Positions 1 through 9,677 of a stretch of DNA of 64,000 bases are shown piece after piece. How positions within the stretch are numbered: position 1 is the stretch's first letter; each line of letters starts with the position of its first letter. The stretch is from Deferribacterales bacterium (GTDB lineage Bacteria > Chrysiogenota > Deferribacteres > Deferribacterales > Geovibrionaceae). The translations under genes were made by a program, and so were the position numbers. The notes below the pieces were generated by a model. The model was not told where the DNA came from and did not search any database. It saw only the letters and a program-made list of their open reading frames with translations. The DNA lies in contig JBFWJS010000002.1 of assembly GCA_050253075.1 (NCBI GenBank), positions 96,001 to 160,000 of the forward strand, written 5' to 3'.

Positions 1-1181
1 TGAATGAAAGGATCGGCGGGATAAACCTCAGCGTGGACAATACTCAGGTGCTCGAAAAGATCGATGGTCTGAAAGCCGACTACGATGCGCAGATATCCGC
101 ACTCGATGCAAAGCTCACAGCGAGCGATGCAAAGCGCAAAGAGCAGTTTTACCAGATACTGGTCGCTATACTTTCAGCTACAATAGCTATTTTAGCCATA
201 ATGCTCATCACTTACCGCTATATTAAAAAGTTTATAGCAGAAAGCATGATCATATCCTCATATAAATCAGGCAAATCTGAGCCTGCACCGGAGATAAAAG
301 TAGGTGAGTCAGAGTCTAACACAGTATTAGACACAGTAAATGCCTCCGCTAATGCCCTGAATACTAAGATCAAAGAGGCTTCATTCCTCTTCGACCCTGA
401 AAAGGCAGTTAAGCTCACAGGTGCTCAGAAAACAGCCCTCACAGAAATAAACGCAGAAGTATCATTCCTGAAAAAAGCAGGTTTCGAGCTTTCATCTAAG
501 CACGAATACCTCATCGCTCTGGAAAAAGTGAATGATAAGAACTATTCCGAAGCATCAAACATACTGGATAAGATAAAAGAAGACGAAGAGCCATACGCTC
601 CTGCATTCTTCCTCTCCGGATATATAGCATATGTTTCCCGCAAGTATGACTCCGCCATAGTCAGCCTCGAAAAGGCGTGTGCGCTGGAGCCTGAAAATGC
701 AGCATACCTTGTCAGCTACGGCAATGCCTGTCTGAAAGAAAAGAAATATGACGAAGCCGCAACAGCACTTAAGAAAGCCGTGGAGATAAACTCTGACGAC
801 GCTTCCGCATGGAACAACCTCGCACATGCCTATATCGTTTCCGAAAAGATGACAGAGGCTGTCGAAGCATTTAAGAAAGCCACAGAAATAAAGCCTGACT
901 TCCACGAAGCCCTGCACAACCTCGGACTCGCCCTGGGCAAGCTCGAGCGTTACGAAGAGGCAGCAGACGCCTTTACAAAAGCTATCGCAGCAAAGGAAGA
1001 CAAGCACGAGTCGATGTATAATGCGGCATGTGTTTTCGCCCTGATAGGCAAAAGAGATGGAGCACTCAGCAACCTTAAAAAGGCCATCGAGCTCCAGCCC
1101 GAATACGCAGCGAAGGCTAAAAAGGATAAAGACTTCTCATCTTTCAAAGATGACGAGGAATTCCAGACTATCGTTAAATAA
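1..1181 (+). CDS. Membrane-anchored TPR-repeat protein (5' partial)
   Basis: Frame is open to the window edge; one TM helix followed by multiple TPR motifs (AWNNLA, ALHNLG, SMYNAACVFA). Confidence 0.85.
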   Translation, partial: NERIGGINLSVDNTQVLEKIDGLKADYDAQISALDAKLTASDAKRKEQFYQILVAILSATIAILAIMLITYRYIKKFIAESMIISSYKSGKSEPAPEIKVGESESNTVLDTVNASANALNTKIKEASFLFDPEKAVKLTGAQKTALTEINAEVSFLKKAGFELSSKHEYLIALEKVNDKNYSEASNILDKIKEDEEPYAPAFFLSGYIAYVSRKYDSAIVSLEKACALEPENAAYLVSYGNACLKEKKYDEAATALKKAVEINSDDASAWNNLAHAYIVSEKMTEAVEAFKKATEIKPDFHEALHNLGLALGKLERYEEAADAFTKAIAAKEDKHESMYNAACVFALIGKRDGALSNLKKAIELQPEYAAKAKKDKDFSSFKDDEEFQTIVK

Positions 1182-1192
1182 AGCCCCTCTTT

Positions 1193-1231
1193 GTCATTGC
1201 GAGGCAGCACGCAGTGCTAACGAAGCAATCT
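1193..1231. repeat. REP-like palindromic element, left half (GTCATTGCGAG...GCAATC)
   Basis: Same ends as the other copies in the window. Confidence 0.6.
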
Positions 1232-1279
1232 TAGAACTTGTTACAAACTAACGGGCAGGGTTAATCACTCTGCCCTTTT

Positions 1280-1966
1280 TTATTCATTCAGGTTGCGGAA
1301 CTTTGCGCCGTATCTGCTGAATATATCTATCACCTGTTCGGCATCATTCATCTCGAGCTCTATGCGGAAGCGTTTATCGAGCCACCTGCCATTCTTAACC
1401 GGGAACTGTATAATGAGGTCGGCGTCGCCCACTCTTTTCATAACATTCTCTACATCAGCCTCAGAAGGCACTTTCCACAGAGTATGCCGAAGCTCAAAAG
1501 GGACGTTATATTCCCTCAAAATATCCAATGTATCGTACAACTTTTCCAGCTTATACCCTGTGCGGGTGATGAAAGCCATATCATCATCGCTGAAAGCCTT
1601 TATGTCCACAGCGACAAGATCGACCAAGTCAGCCTCGCAAACCTTTCTCAGCTTTGAAGGAAGGCTTCCGTTTGTATCCAGCTTTACCTTGACGCCCTCC
1701 TCTTTCAGACCGGAGAGAAACGGCATCAGACCCTCAGAGACAAGGGGCTCACCGCCTGTGACGGCAACCCCCTCAATATCCTTCCCTGTCAGACCGTTCA
1801 TAAAATCATCCAGCCTGCTGGCCCCCGCCTTTCTATTTACAAGGTCAGGGTTGTGGCAATACCTGCAAAGCAGGTTGCACCCGTGGGTGAAGACCACCGA
1901 CGATATCAGCCCGGGATAATCTATCAGGCTGACAGGGACAAAATCAGCAATATGAATATCTTTCAT
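1280..1966 (-). CDS. nrdG: Anaerobic RNR activating enzyme (radical SAM)
   Basis: GCNLLCRYCHNP motif, TGGEP, DTNG; ATG overlaps the stop of the upstream 56-aa ORF (TGATG). Confidence 0.93.
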   Translation of the reverse strand: MKDIHIADFVPVSLIDYPGLISSVVFTHGCNLLCRYCHNPDLVNRKAGASRLDDFMNGLTGKDIEGVAVTGGEPLVSEGLMPFLSGLKEEGVKVKLDTNGSLPSKLRKVCEADLVDLVAVDIKAFSDDDMAFITRTGYKLEKLYDTLDILREYNVPFELRHTLWKVPSEADVENVMKRVGDADLIIQFPVKNGRWLDKRFRIELEMNDAEQVIDIFSRYGAKFRNLNE

Positions 1967-2136
1967 CACTTCTTAATGTCGAAAGTTTCCCTGTGGGCAA
2001 ACTCTTCTTTTTTTCCTTTGTTCCAGTGGCTTGTGGGGCTGTGGTATCCGACAACACGGCTGTAGACCTCACACTCTTCGCCTTTCACGTTTTTAAGCTC
2101 TTCTTTCAGCTCTGCGATTCTTTCTGTTTTGCTCAT
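1966..2136 (-). CDS. Stand-alone glycyl-radical domain of class III RNR, 56 aa (not in the ORF track)
   Basis: Manual translation MSKTERIAELKEELKNVKGEECEVYSRVVGYHSPTSHWNKGKKEEFAHRETFDIKK; YSRVVGY..W..GK..EF..R is the NrdD C-terminal motif; AGGAGG RBS upstream. Confidence 0.92.
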   Translation of the reverse strand: MSKTERIAELKEELKNVKGEECEVYSRVVGYHSPTSHWNKGKKEEFAHRETFDIKK

Positions 2137-2137
2137 C

Positions 2138-4177
2138 TTATGCCTCCTGTTTCTGGTTTTCTAATTCTCTCAGCTCTGCCTCTATGGCATTTTTGCGCTC
2201 ATCCGCACAGTGGGGACAATTCGCATGTTCCCCCTTGATGTACCCATGCACCGGGCAAACGGAGAATGTCGGCGTGATCGTCACATACGGAATGGCGTAT
2301 TCGTTTGTTATTTTTTGTAAAAGTTTGCTGACGGTCTTCGGCTCGTCCACAGCTTCACCGAGGAAGACATGGAAAACCGTACCGCCTGTATAAAGTGTCT
2401 GCAGCTCGTTCTGGTGTTTCAGCGCTTTGAAAAGCTCACGGGTCTTTTCAACGGGTATCTGGGTCGAGTTCGTATAATATGGTCTGTCTGCCGAACCCGA
2501 GGTTATGATGCCTTCAAGGTCTTTGATATCACGCTTCGCCAGTCGGAAAGATGTCCCCTCCGCAGGTGTCGCTTCGAGGTTATAGAGCATGTCGTCCTCG
2601 TCCTGATACTCCATCAGCTTATCCCGCATGAAGTTAAGTATCTTCACTGCATACTGATGCCCGTCGTCGTGCATGATATCCACACCGATGAAGTTCTGCA
2701 GTGCCTCGTTCATGCCTATGATGCCGATGGTGTTGAAGTGATTCTTCCAGTACTGATTAAAATTCTCTTTGATACCCGACAGATAATATCTCGCATATGG
2801 ATAAAGCCCGTGGTCTGTCAGCTTTTCTAGGATGTTCCGCTTCACACGCAGGCTCTCCCTGGCGAGGAGCATAAGGTGCTCCAGCCTTGCGAAGAAGTCC
2901 CCTTCACTCTCTGCGACAAACCCTATTCTAGGCAGGTTTATGGTGACAACGCCTATGGAGCCAGTAAGGGGGTTCGCTCCGAAGAGCCCTCCGCCTCGCT
3001 TTCTCAGCTCTCTGTTATCCAGTCTCAGCCTGCAGCACATGCTTCTGGCATCGTCGGGGCTCATGTCGCTGTTAACGAAGTTTGCGAAATAAGGTATGCC
3101 GTACTTCGCCGTTGCGCTCATTATGTCGCCCACTATCTCGTGTTCCCAGTCGAAGTCCTTCGAAACATTATATGTAGGTATGGGGAAAGTGAATATGCGC
3201 CCTTTCGCATCCCCCTCTATCATCACTTCCATAAAGGCTTTGTTCAGCATGAACATCTCATTCTGAAATTCTTTATATGTCTTTTCCTGCGGTTCACCGC
3301 CGATGATAACTGCCTCATCCTGAAACATCTTCGGCACAAAGAGGTCGAGTGTCAGGTTTGTAAAAGGGGTCTGAAAGCCTACTCTGGTAGGTACATTTAT
3401 ATTGAATATAAACTCCTGCAGAGCCTGCTTCACATCGTCGTAAGTCAGCTTATCATAGGCGATGAACGGAGCGAGGAGCGTGTCAAAGCTGGAAAATGCC
3501 TGTGCGCCCGCTGCCTCCCCCTGAAGGGTATAAAAGAAATTTACTATCTGCCCCAGAGCAGAGCGGAAGTGCTTCGGCGGTTTGCTCTCCACCTTCCCCG
3601 CTACACCTCGGAAACCTCTGACCAGCAGGTCTTTCAGATCCCATCCACAGCAATATACTGCGAGCAGACCGAGGTCGTGTATGTGCATCTCTCCGCTGAT
3701 ATGGGCGTCTGCCACATTCTTCGGATACACCTTATTCAGCCAGTACTTTGCCGTTACGGTGGATGATATATAGTTGTTCAGCCCTTGCAGGGCGTATGTC
3801 GTGTTGCTGTTTTCATTGATGCGCCAGTCCTCACCGCCGAGGTAATCCTCGACCATCTCTTCGAATCCCGAGAGGGTGTCTTTTATATCACGCAGGTCTG
3901 AACGCTGTTTGCGGTAAATAATATAGGCTTTGGCTGTCTTTGCGTGCCCTCTTTCGATGAGCACTTTTTCAACCTCGTCCTGAATCTCTTCTACAGAGCA
4001 TGCGCCGTATTTACCATATTTATCAATGATCTGACGACATACGGTTATCGACAGCTCCGATGCGGTATTTCTATCTGTACCGCCGACGGACGAAGCCGCC
4101 TTGAATATGGCGCTGGCTATCCTTTCGTTATCAAACGGAACAAACCGCCCGTCTCTCTTCATGACTTTTTCTATCAT
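2138..4177 (-). CDS. nrdD: Class III (anaerobic) ribonucleoside-triphosphate reductase large subunit, lacking the glycyl-radical loop
   Basis: ATP-cone (VMKRDG), HIHDL, YCCGW, SMCCRL, TGGTVFH, CPVH..CPHC zinc site; GGAGG RBS before the ATG at 4177. Confidence 0.95.
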   Translation of the reverse strand: MIEKVMKRDGRFVPFDNERIASAIFKAASSVGGTDRNTASELSITVCRQIIDKYGKYGACSVEEIQDEVEKVLIERGHAKTAKAYIIYRKQRSDLRDIKDTLSGFEEMVEDYLGGEDWRINENSNTTYALQGLNNYISSTVTAKYWLNKVYPKNVADAHISGEMHIHDLGLLAVYCCGWDLKDLLVRGFRGVAGKVESKPPKHFRSALGQIVNFFYTLQGEAAGAQAFSSFDTLLAPFIAYDKLTYDDVKQALQEFIFNINVPTRVGFQTPFTNLTLDLFVPKMFQDEAVIIGGEPQEKTYKEFQNEMFMLNKAFMEVMIEGDAKGRIFTFPIPTYNVSKDFDWEHEIVGDIMSATAKYGIPYFANFVNSDMSPDDARSMCCRLRLDNRELRKRGGGLFGANPLTGSIGVVTINLPRIGFVAESEGDFFARLEHLMLLARESLRVKRNILEKLTDHGLYPYARYYLSGIKENFNQYWKNHFNTIGIIGMNEALQNFIGVDIMHDDGHQYAVKILNFMRDKLMEYQDEDDMLYNLEATPAEGTSFRLAKRDIKDLEGIITSGSADRPYYTNSTQIPVEKTRELFKALKHQNELQTLYTGGTVFHVFLGEAVDEPKTVSKLLQKITNEYAIPYVTITPTFSVCPVHGYIKGEHANCPHCADERKNAIEAELRELENQKQEA

Positions 4178-4374
4178 GCATACCTCCAAAAATGTGCGCA
4201 AAGATATTGTCAAAATTAGCAAAGGTCTAAACATATAAGTGAGTTGCAGCATAGACACACCAAGAGGGGGCGTATACGCAGCAATACGGCAGTTGCTGAA
4301 TGCTGCAACTATGCTTTGATGATTAAATTGTTATGGATTGAGTAATGATAAGCTCATCCATCCCTCCGCTGGTT

Positions 4375-4520
4375 TATTGCAGGTCAGGTATCCTGGCTTA
4401 CCATCATCCTACTTGCCTCACCTTCCCGTTTTCACAGTGGTTTAAAGAGGCTTTCGTCCGGAATACAGTTGCGGGGGCAGCGTCGGATTTAAACCGAGCT
4501 TCCCTGAATCCTACTTCTGG
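4375..4520 (-). ncRNA. Cobalamin riboswitch upstream of nrdD
   Basis: Minus strand reads AGGGAA..CGGT..AATCCG..GCTGCCCCCGCAACTGT...CCACTG..GGGAAGG...AGCCAGGATACCTGACC (B12 box). Confidence 0.93.
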
Positions 4521-4521
4521 T

Positions 4522-4550
4522 ATTTTGCTATGATAACGGGATAATGTCAA
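4522..4550 (-). promoter_or_regulatory. Putative sigma70 promoter of the riboswitch-nrdD operon
   Basis: TTGACA-N17-CAAAAT. Confidence 0.55.
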
Positions 4551-4563
4551 CCCGATTCGGGCA

Positions 4564-6045
4564 TTATTTAAGACAGAGCGGGAGGAATGTCAGGGTATTT
4601 CTACCGCTGTTTTTCGAACGGTAGAGAGCTTCATCAGCAGTATCAATGATATTCGACGCTGTGATCTTTCTCTCGCCTACGTATGTGGTGCATCCGACAC
4701 TGGCTGTGACCTTCACAATATCTTCCCCTGCCACGCAAGAGCTCCTGCTTATCTGGTCTCTTATGCGGTCGCCGAAGAGCTCTGCGCCCTTTCTGTCTGT
4801 GTCGGGGAGGAGCACAATGAACTCTTCGCCTCCGTATCTGGCGAAGACGTCCTCACGGCGGAGCATCATTGTCACATGCTCAGTGAAGCACTTCAGCACC
4901 ATGTCGCCTACGCTGTGTCCCCAGCGGTCGTTAACCTGTTTAAAAAAATCGATATCTATCATAAACACTGAAAAAGGCGAACGCTCCATACGGCTGCGTG
5001 CTATGTGATAATTCAGCTTCTCGGCAAAGGCCCGCCTGTTCATCACACCTGTCAGCGGGTCGATCATCGCCTCGGTTTTCAGCTTTTCTTCCGTCTCTTT
5101 CCTGTCGAGAATGTCCACGACAATCCCCGCAAGCATGGTCTGCACGCCCGATGCATCGAAGTGTGCGTTGCCTATTATCTCTACCCATTTATACGCACCG
5201 TCGGACTTCATCACTCGGATATCCTGACGGATGCTTCTGTCTATACGGCTCATGCCTATACGGAAAAAGCGTAAGATCTGCTTTCTTTCACCGGGATGGA
5301 CAATTTTCAGCACGTTCCGAAGGGAATACTCGGCGGAGTGTATATTTGTAAGGGGCACGTCCGCTATGCCCGAGCCGAATTTGATATGCCATGTCTTCAG
5401 ATCGAGAGACCACAGCCCACTCTCTTTTACACTGTTAAGTGCGCTGAACTGCTTCTCCCTCACTGTCATCTGGTTACGCAGGATCATATTCTCCATGATG
5501 AGCCCCGCCATCCTCAGAAACGCTATCTCGGATGCTGTCCACTCACGGGGGTTTACACAGTCGTCATACCCCAGCACGCCCCACCACTCGCCGTTTACAT
5601 AAAGCGGAACGGTCAGCATGGATAATATAGCCTGTGATGCTATATCTTCCTTAAGGAAATCTGCTCCTAGCCTGTCCGTTACGATGCTCTGCCACTCCCC
5701 ACGCTGACGGCTCTCCATCAGCCTGCGATAGTTGCCCTCGCCCAAAGGATTAGTAAACATATTAAATTTCGACAGACCAAGCTGGATATACTTAGGGTCG
5801 GACGCCCATTCGAAGATATAGTCCTGTGTGATGTGTTCGTCGGTGAGGTTCATAAGCTGGAAGACCCAAACCCTGCTCACATCGAAATGCTCGCCCAGAG
5901 TTTTAAGCAGGACATTCACGCCGTCCGGCCAGACCTCGCCTGTCATCAGGCTTTCAGCACATGACGCAAGTTCAGTAAGAAACTGGATATCCTTAGCTTC
6001 TGATTCGATATTTAGATTTTTGAGTTTCCCGCATTTGAATCCCAT
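4564..6045 (-). CDS. GAF-PAS-GGDEF diguanylate cyclase
   Basis: N-terminal GAF, PAS-like segment, DPLTG, DIDFFKQVND, RRED I-site and GGEEF. Confidence 0.9.
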   Translation of the reverse strand: MGFKCGKLKNLNIESEAKDIQFLTELASCAESLMTGEVWPDGVNVLLKTLGEHFDVSRVWVFQLMNLTDEHITQDYIFEWASDPKYIQLGLSKFNMFTNPLGEGNYRRLMESRQRGEWQSIVTDRLGADFLKEDIASQAILSMLTVPLYVNGEWWGVLGYDDCVNPREWTASEIAFLRMAGLIMENMILRNQMTVREKQFSALNSVKESGLWSLDLKTWHIKFGSGIADVPLTNIHSAEYSLRNVLKIVHPGERKQILRFFRIGMSRIDRSIRQDIRVMKSDGAYKWVEIIGNAHFDASGVQTMLAGIVVDILDRKETEEKLKTEAMIDPLTGVMNRRAFAEKLNYHIARSRMERSPFSVFMIDIDFFKQVNDRWGHSVGDMVLKCFTEHVTMMLRREDVFARYGGEEFIVLLPDTDRKGAELFGDRIRDQISRSSCVAGEDIVKVTASVGCTTYVGERKITASNIIDTADEALYRSKNSGRNTLTFLPLCLK

Positions 6046-6110
6046 CAGCTAATATAGCAACTGAATATGAAACAAGGCAAGTTCAGATTATGGTAGGTAA
6101 ATGCAGAAAA

Positions 6111-7085
6111 TTACAAACGTTTAAAAAGGTCAAGGAGCCTCTTTGATGCGGTTGAAGGAGTTGTTAGCCCCTGTACGACAGCTTCCTGAATCTGCGGAAG
6201 CATCGCCTGAACATTCTTGTTGTTAACAAACATGTCTTTCAGATCGTCCATGACCATAGTCCACAGCCAGTCCACAGACTGCTTCTTACGCTTTTCTGCA
6301 AACTCTCCGCTCTCGGTCAGCTTTTCCCTGTATTCACAGACCATATCCCACACGGCATCTATCCCTTCGTGATAAAGCGCACTGGTGAGCAGGACGGGCA
6401 CTATCCAGTTCTTAGACTTCGGACGGAGGATATGCAGAGCATTGATATACTGCCCCTTCGCCAGCTCGGCCTTTGGTCTGTTGTCCCCTTCGGCTTTGTT
6501 TATGACTATTGCGTCGGCTATCTCCATAACGCCTTTTTTGATCCCCTGCAGTTCGTCGCCCGCATTGGCAAGCTGTAAAAGCATGAAGAAATCAACCATA
6601 GACGCCACGGTTATCTCCGACTGACCGACACCGACAGTCTCCACAAGTATCACATCATACCCCGCCGCTTCGCAGAGGAGCATTGTCTCTCGTGTCTTTT
6701 TCGCCACACCGCCGAGGGTCTTGCCCGCAGGGGAAGGACGTATAAAGGCATTCTCGTCTCTGGACAGGTCTTCCATACGGGTCTTATCCCCGAGGATAGA
6801 TCCCCCCGTAAGCTGAGACGAAGGATCGACAGCCAGCACGGCGACCTTATAGCCTTTTGCTGTTAGAGATTTACCGAAAGACTCGATGAATGTTGATTTC
6901 CCTACACCGGGGACCCCTGAGATACCTATACGGATGGACTTACCCGTATGGGGGAGTATCTTATCCAGAAGCTGCGAGGCGGCCTCGTGATGCTCCGGAT
7001 TTGAGCTTTCGATAAGTGTGATGGCTCTTGATAAGGGGCGAAGTTTCCCCTGTAAGAGCCCTTCGGCAATCTTGTCTGTGTCCAT
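6111..7085 (-). CDS. meaB: Methylmalonyl-CoA mutase-associated GTPase
   Basis: GVPGVGKST, AVDPSS, GGSILGDKTRM, ETVGVGQSE. Confidence 0.95.
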   Translation of the reverse strand: MDTDKIAEGLLQGKLRPLSRAITLIESSNPEHHEAASQLLDKILPHTGKSIRIGISGVPGVGKSTFIESFGKSLTAKGYKVAVLAVDPSSQLTGGSILGDKTRMEDLSRDENAFIRPSPAGKTLGGVAKKTRETMLLCEAAGYDVILVETVGVGQSEITVASMVDFFMLLQLANAGDELQGIKKGVMEIADAIVINKAEGDNRPKAELAKGQYINALHILRPKSKNWIVPVLLTSALYHEGIDAVWDMVCEYREKLTESGEFAEKRKKQSVDWLWTMVMDDLKDMFVNNKNVQAMLPQIQEAVVQGLTTPSTASKRLLDLFKRL

Positions 7086-7159
7086 AGTATCCTTTAAAAA
7101 CAAAATCCCCCTCAGTCCCCCTTAAAGCAAGGGGGAAGAGAGGGAATATTATAAATTTC

Positions 7160-7220
7160 GTCATTCTGAGCATAGTGAATAATCTGACAGCGCAGATCCT
7201 TCGCAAAAGCTCAGGATGAC
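7160..7220. repeat. REP-like palindromic element (GTCATTCTGAG...CTCAGGATGAC)
   Basis: Inverted terminal repeats immediately after the mutase stop codon. Confidence 0.75.
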
Positions 7221-7222
7221 AA

Positions 7223-9364
7223 TTATTTTTTCGCTTTGATAGCTTCCAGAGTCTTTTTAGCTGACTCTGTGATCGGTGTTCCCGGTCCGAAGACGCACGC
7301 AGCACCTGCGGCATAAAGCTCGTCGTAGTCCTGACGGGGGATAACTCCTCCGCAGACAACCACGATGTCCTCAGCATCGAGCTTTTTCAGCTCCTGTACC
7401 AGCTGAGGGATTAGAGTCTTATGACCGGCGGCCAGTGAAGATACGCCCACTACATGCACGTCGTTCTCCACAGCCATCTTCGCAGCCTCTTCAGGTGTCT
7501 GGAAGAGCGGGCCTACATCCACATCGAAACCTGCGTCCGCATAAGCAGAGGAAACGACCTTCGCCCCTCTGTCGTGACCGTCCTGTCCCATCTTAGCGAC
7601 GAGGATACGAGGTCTGCGTCCTTCTTTCTTTTCGAATGCTTCTATGTCCGCTTTGAGAGCGTTAAACTCTGCATCATCTTCAAACATTGAACCGTATGCT
7701 CCTGAAACCAGCTTTATCTCTGCTTTGTGTCTGCCGAAGACCTTTTCCATCGCATCGGATATCTCGCCGACGGATGCTCTCAGTCTTGCGGCTCTTACAC
7801 AGAATTCGAGCAGGTTGTCGCTGTTATTCTCACACGCCTTTGTGATGTCGTCCAGAGCTTTCCGGCATGCTGCCTCGTCTCTGTCAGCTTTCATCTTATC
7901 AAGGCGTCTGATCTGTGATTCACGCACGGCTGTGTTGTCGATGTCGAGAACCTCGATAGGGTCTTCCTTCGCCAGCTTGTATTTGTTTACGCCGACGATG
8001 ACATCTTTACCGCTGTCGATAGCCGCCTGTTTTTTCGCTGCTGATTCTTCGATCTTCAGCTTAGGCATGCCTGATTCGATAGCTTTTGTCATACCGCCCA
8101 TCTTCTGAATCTCTTTGATCTCCTCACGAGCTTTGTCGATGAGAGCCTGTGTGAGAGACTCGATGTAGTATGAACCGCCCATAGGGTCTACGACCTTCGT
8201 AATGCCTGTCTCCTCCTGTATCACGAGCTGAGTATTACGCGCGATACGTGCGGAGTGGTCTGTCGGCAGTGCGATAGCCTCGTCAAGGGCGTTTGTATGG
8301 AGTGACTGTGTACCGCCGAGAACGGCAGCCATAGCCTCTATTGTTGTTCTGATAACGTTGTTGTACGGGTCCTGCTCTGTGAGAGACCAGCCAGATGTCT
8401 GGCAGTGTGTACGCAGAGCCTTGCTCATAGGGTTCTTCGGTTTGAACTCTTCCATCAGCTCAGCCCAGAGGAAACGTGCCGCTCTCAGCTTTGCTATCTC
8501 CATGAAGAAGTTCATGCCTATGGCGAAGAAGAATGAAAGGCGCGGAGCAAAGGAGTCTATGTCGAGACCTTTCTCTACCGCAGCTTTAACATATTCCAGA
8601 CCGTCAGCCAGCGTGAATGCAAGCTCAAGCACGTTGTTCGCACCCGCCTCCTGAATGTGGTACCCGGAGATGGATATGGAGTTGAACTTAGGCATATATT
8701 TACTGGTGTATTCTATAATGTCGGAGATTATTCTCATAGAAGGTGCAGGTGGATAGATGTATGTGTTTCTAACCATGAACTCTTTCAGGATGTCGTTCTG
8801 GATGGTTCCTGCGAGCTTCTCCTGAGGCACACCCTGCTCTTCCGCAGCGACTATATACATAGCCATAACGGGGAGCACGGCTCCGTTCATCGTCATAGAA
8901 ACAGAAACATCGCCCAGCGGAATCTCGTCGAAGAGTATCTTCATATCCTCGACAGAATCGATGGCAACGCCTGCCTTACCAACGTCTCCCACTACCCTCG
9001 GGTGGTCGGAGTCGTATCCTCTGTGTGTGGCGAGGTCGAATGCTACGGAAAGCCCCTGCTGACCGGCCGCCAGATTTCTTTTGTAAAATGCGTTGGACTC
9101 CTCCGCAGTGGAGAATCCCGCATACTGTCTGACTGTCCACGGACGTCCCGCATACATGCTGGCTCTCGGGCCTCTCATGTATGGAGCAAATCCGGGGAGA
9201 GTATTGATATTTTCAAGTTTCTCAAGGTCTTCAAGAGTGTACAGAGGCTTAACATTTATCCCCTCGGCTGTCGCCCACTGGAGCTTATCAATGTTTTCCT
9301 GCTTTATCTCTTTAGCTGCTTGACGCTCCCACTCCTGAATGGTCTTCTTTTCGTAATTCGCCAT
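7223..9364 (-). CDS. scpA: Methylmalonyl-CoA mutase (B12-dependent)
   Basis: [21 protein letters not shown] cobalamin-binding motif. Confidence 0.97.
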   Translation of the reverse strand: MANYEKKTIQEWERQAAKEIKQENIDKLQWATAEGINVKPLYTLEDLEKLENINTLPGFAPYMRGPRASMYAGRPWTVRQYAGFSTAEESNAFYKRNLAAGQQGLSVAFDLATHRGYDSDHPRVVGDVGKAGVAIDSVEDMKILFDEIPLGDVSVSMTMNGAVLPVMAMYIVAAEEQGVPQEKLAGTIQNDILKEFMVRNTYIYPPAPSMRIISDIIEYTSKYMPKFNSISISGYHIQEAGANNVLELAFTLADGLEYVKAAVEKGLDIDSFAPRLSFFFAIGMNFFMEIAKLRAARFLWAELMEEFKPKNPMSKALRTHCQTSGWSLTEQDPYNNVIRTTIEAMAAVLGGTQSLHTNALDEAIALPTDHSARIARNTQLVIQEETGITKVVDPMGGSYYIESLTQALIDKAREEIKEIQKMGGMTKAIESGMPKLKIEESAAKKQAAIDSGKDVIVGVNKYKLAKEDPIEVLDIDNTAVRESQIRRLDKMKADRDEAACRKALDDITKACENNSDNLLEFCVRAARLRASVGEISDAMEKVFGRHKAEIKLVSGAYGSMFEDDAEFNALKADIEAFEKKEGRRPRILVAKMGQDGHDRGAKVVSSAYADAGFDVDVGPLFQTPEEAAKMAVENDVHVVGVSSLAAGHKTLIPQLVQELKKLDAEDIVVVCGGVIPRQDYDELYAAGAACVFGPGTPITESAKKTLEAIKAKK

Positions 9365-9544
9365 TCCTCACCTCATGGCTAGCAGCCATAGGCACATCAC
9401 CACACTGTAAACGCTGTTTAAACTGTCACGCTTTACGGCTCACGATGCTCGCCTAATATGCTAGTAAAAATATATGAACAGGATGTATGGTGAACCATAC
9501 TGCAAACTATCCTGTTTACTTTTAGTATACTACAAAGAAACGTT

Positions 9545-9572
9545 AAAAAAAGAGGGGAACTCAGTTCCCCTC
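9545..9572 (-). terminator. Intrinsic terminator after the carboxylase genes
   Basis: GAGGGGAAC-TGA-GTTCCCCTC followed by T7 on the minus strand. Confidence 0.75.
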
Positions 9573-9589
9573 GGGTTCGATCGACAAAA

Positions 9590-9667
9590 GTCACTGCGAG
9601 CGGAGCGCGGCAGTCTTCCAGCATAGCAGCATGGAAGATTGCTTCACCCTGAAGGGTTCGCAATGAC
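9590..9667. repeat. REP-like palindromic element (GTCACTGCGAG...CGCAATGAC)
   Basis: Nested inverted repeats downstream of the biotin carrier gene. Confidence 0.75.
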
Positions 9668-9677
9668 GTATTAAATT

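Noticed and set aside
2130..2145. nrdD as a frameshifted pseudogene
   Set aside because: The downstream piece has its own RBS and ATG, and both parts keep their motifs, so a genuine split is more likely. Reads were not checked.
7104..7140. CCCCCTT..AAGGGGG hairpin before meaB
   Set aside because: Only one copy in the window, so a repeat family or function cannot be supported.
9451..9460. GCCTAATATG also present in the mutase leader, matching the repeats upstream of yaaW
   Set aside because: A single 10-mer with no functional link; may be chance.
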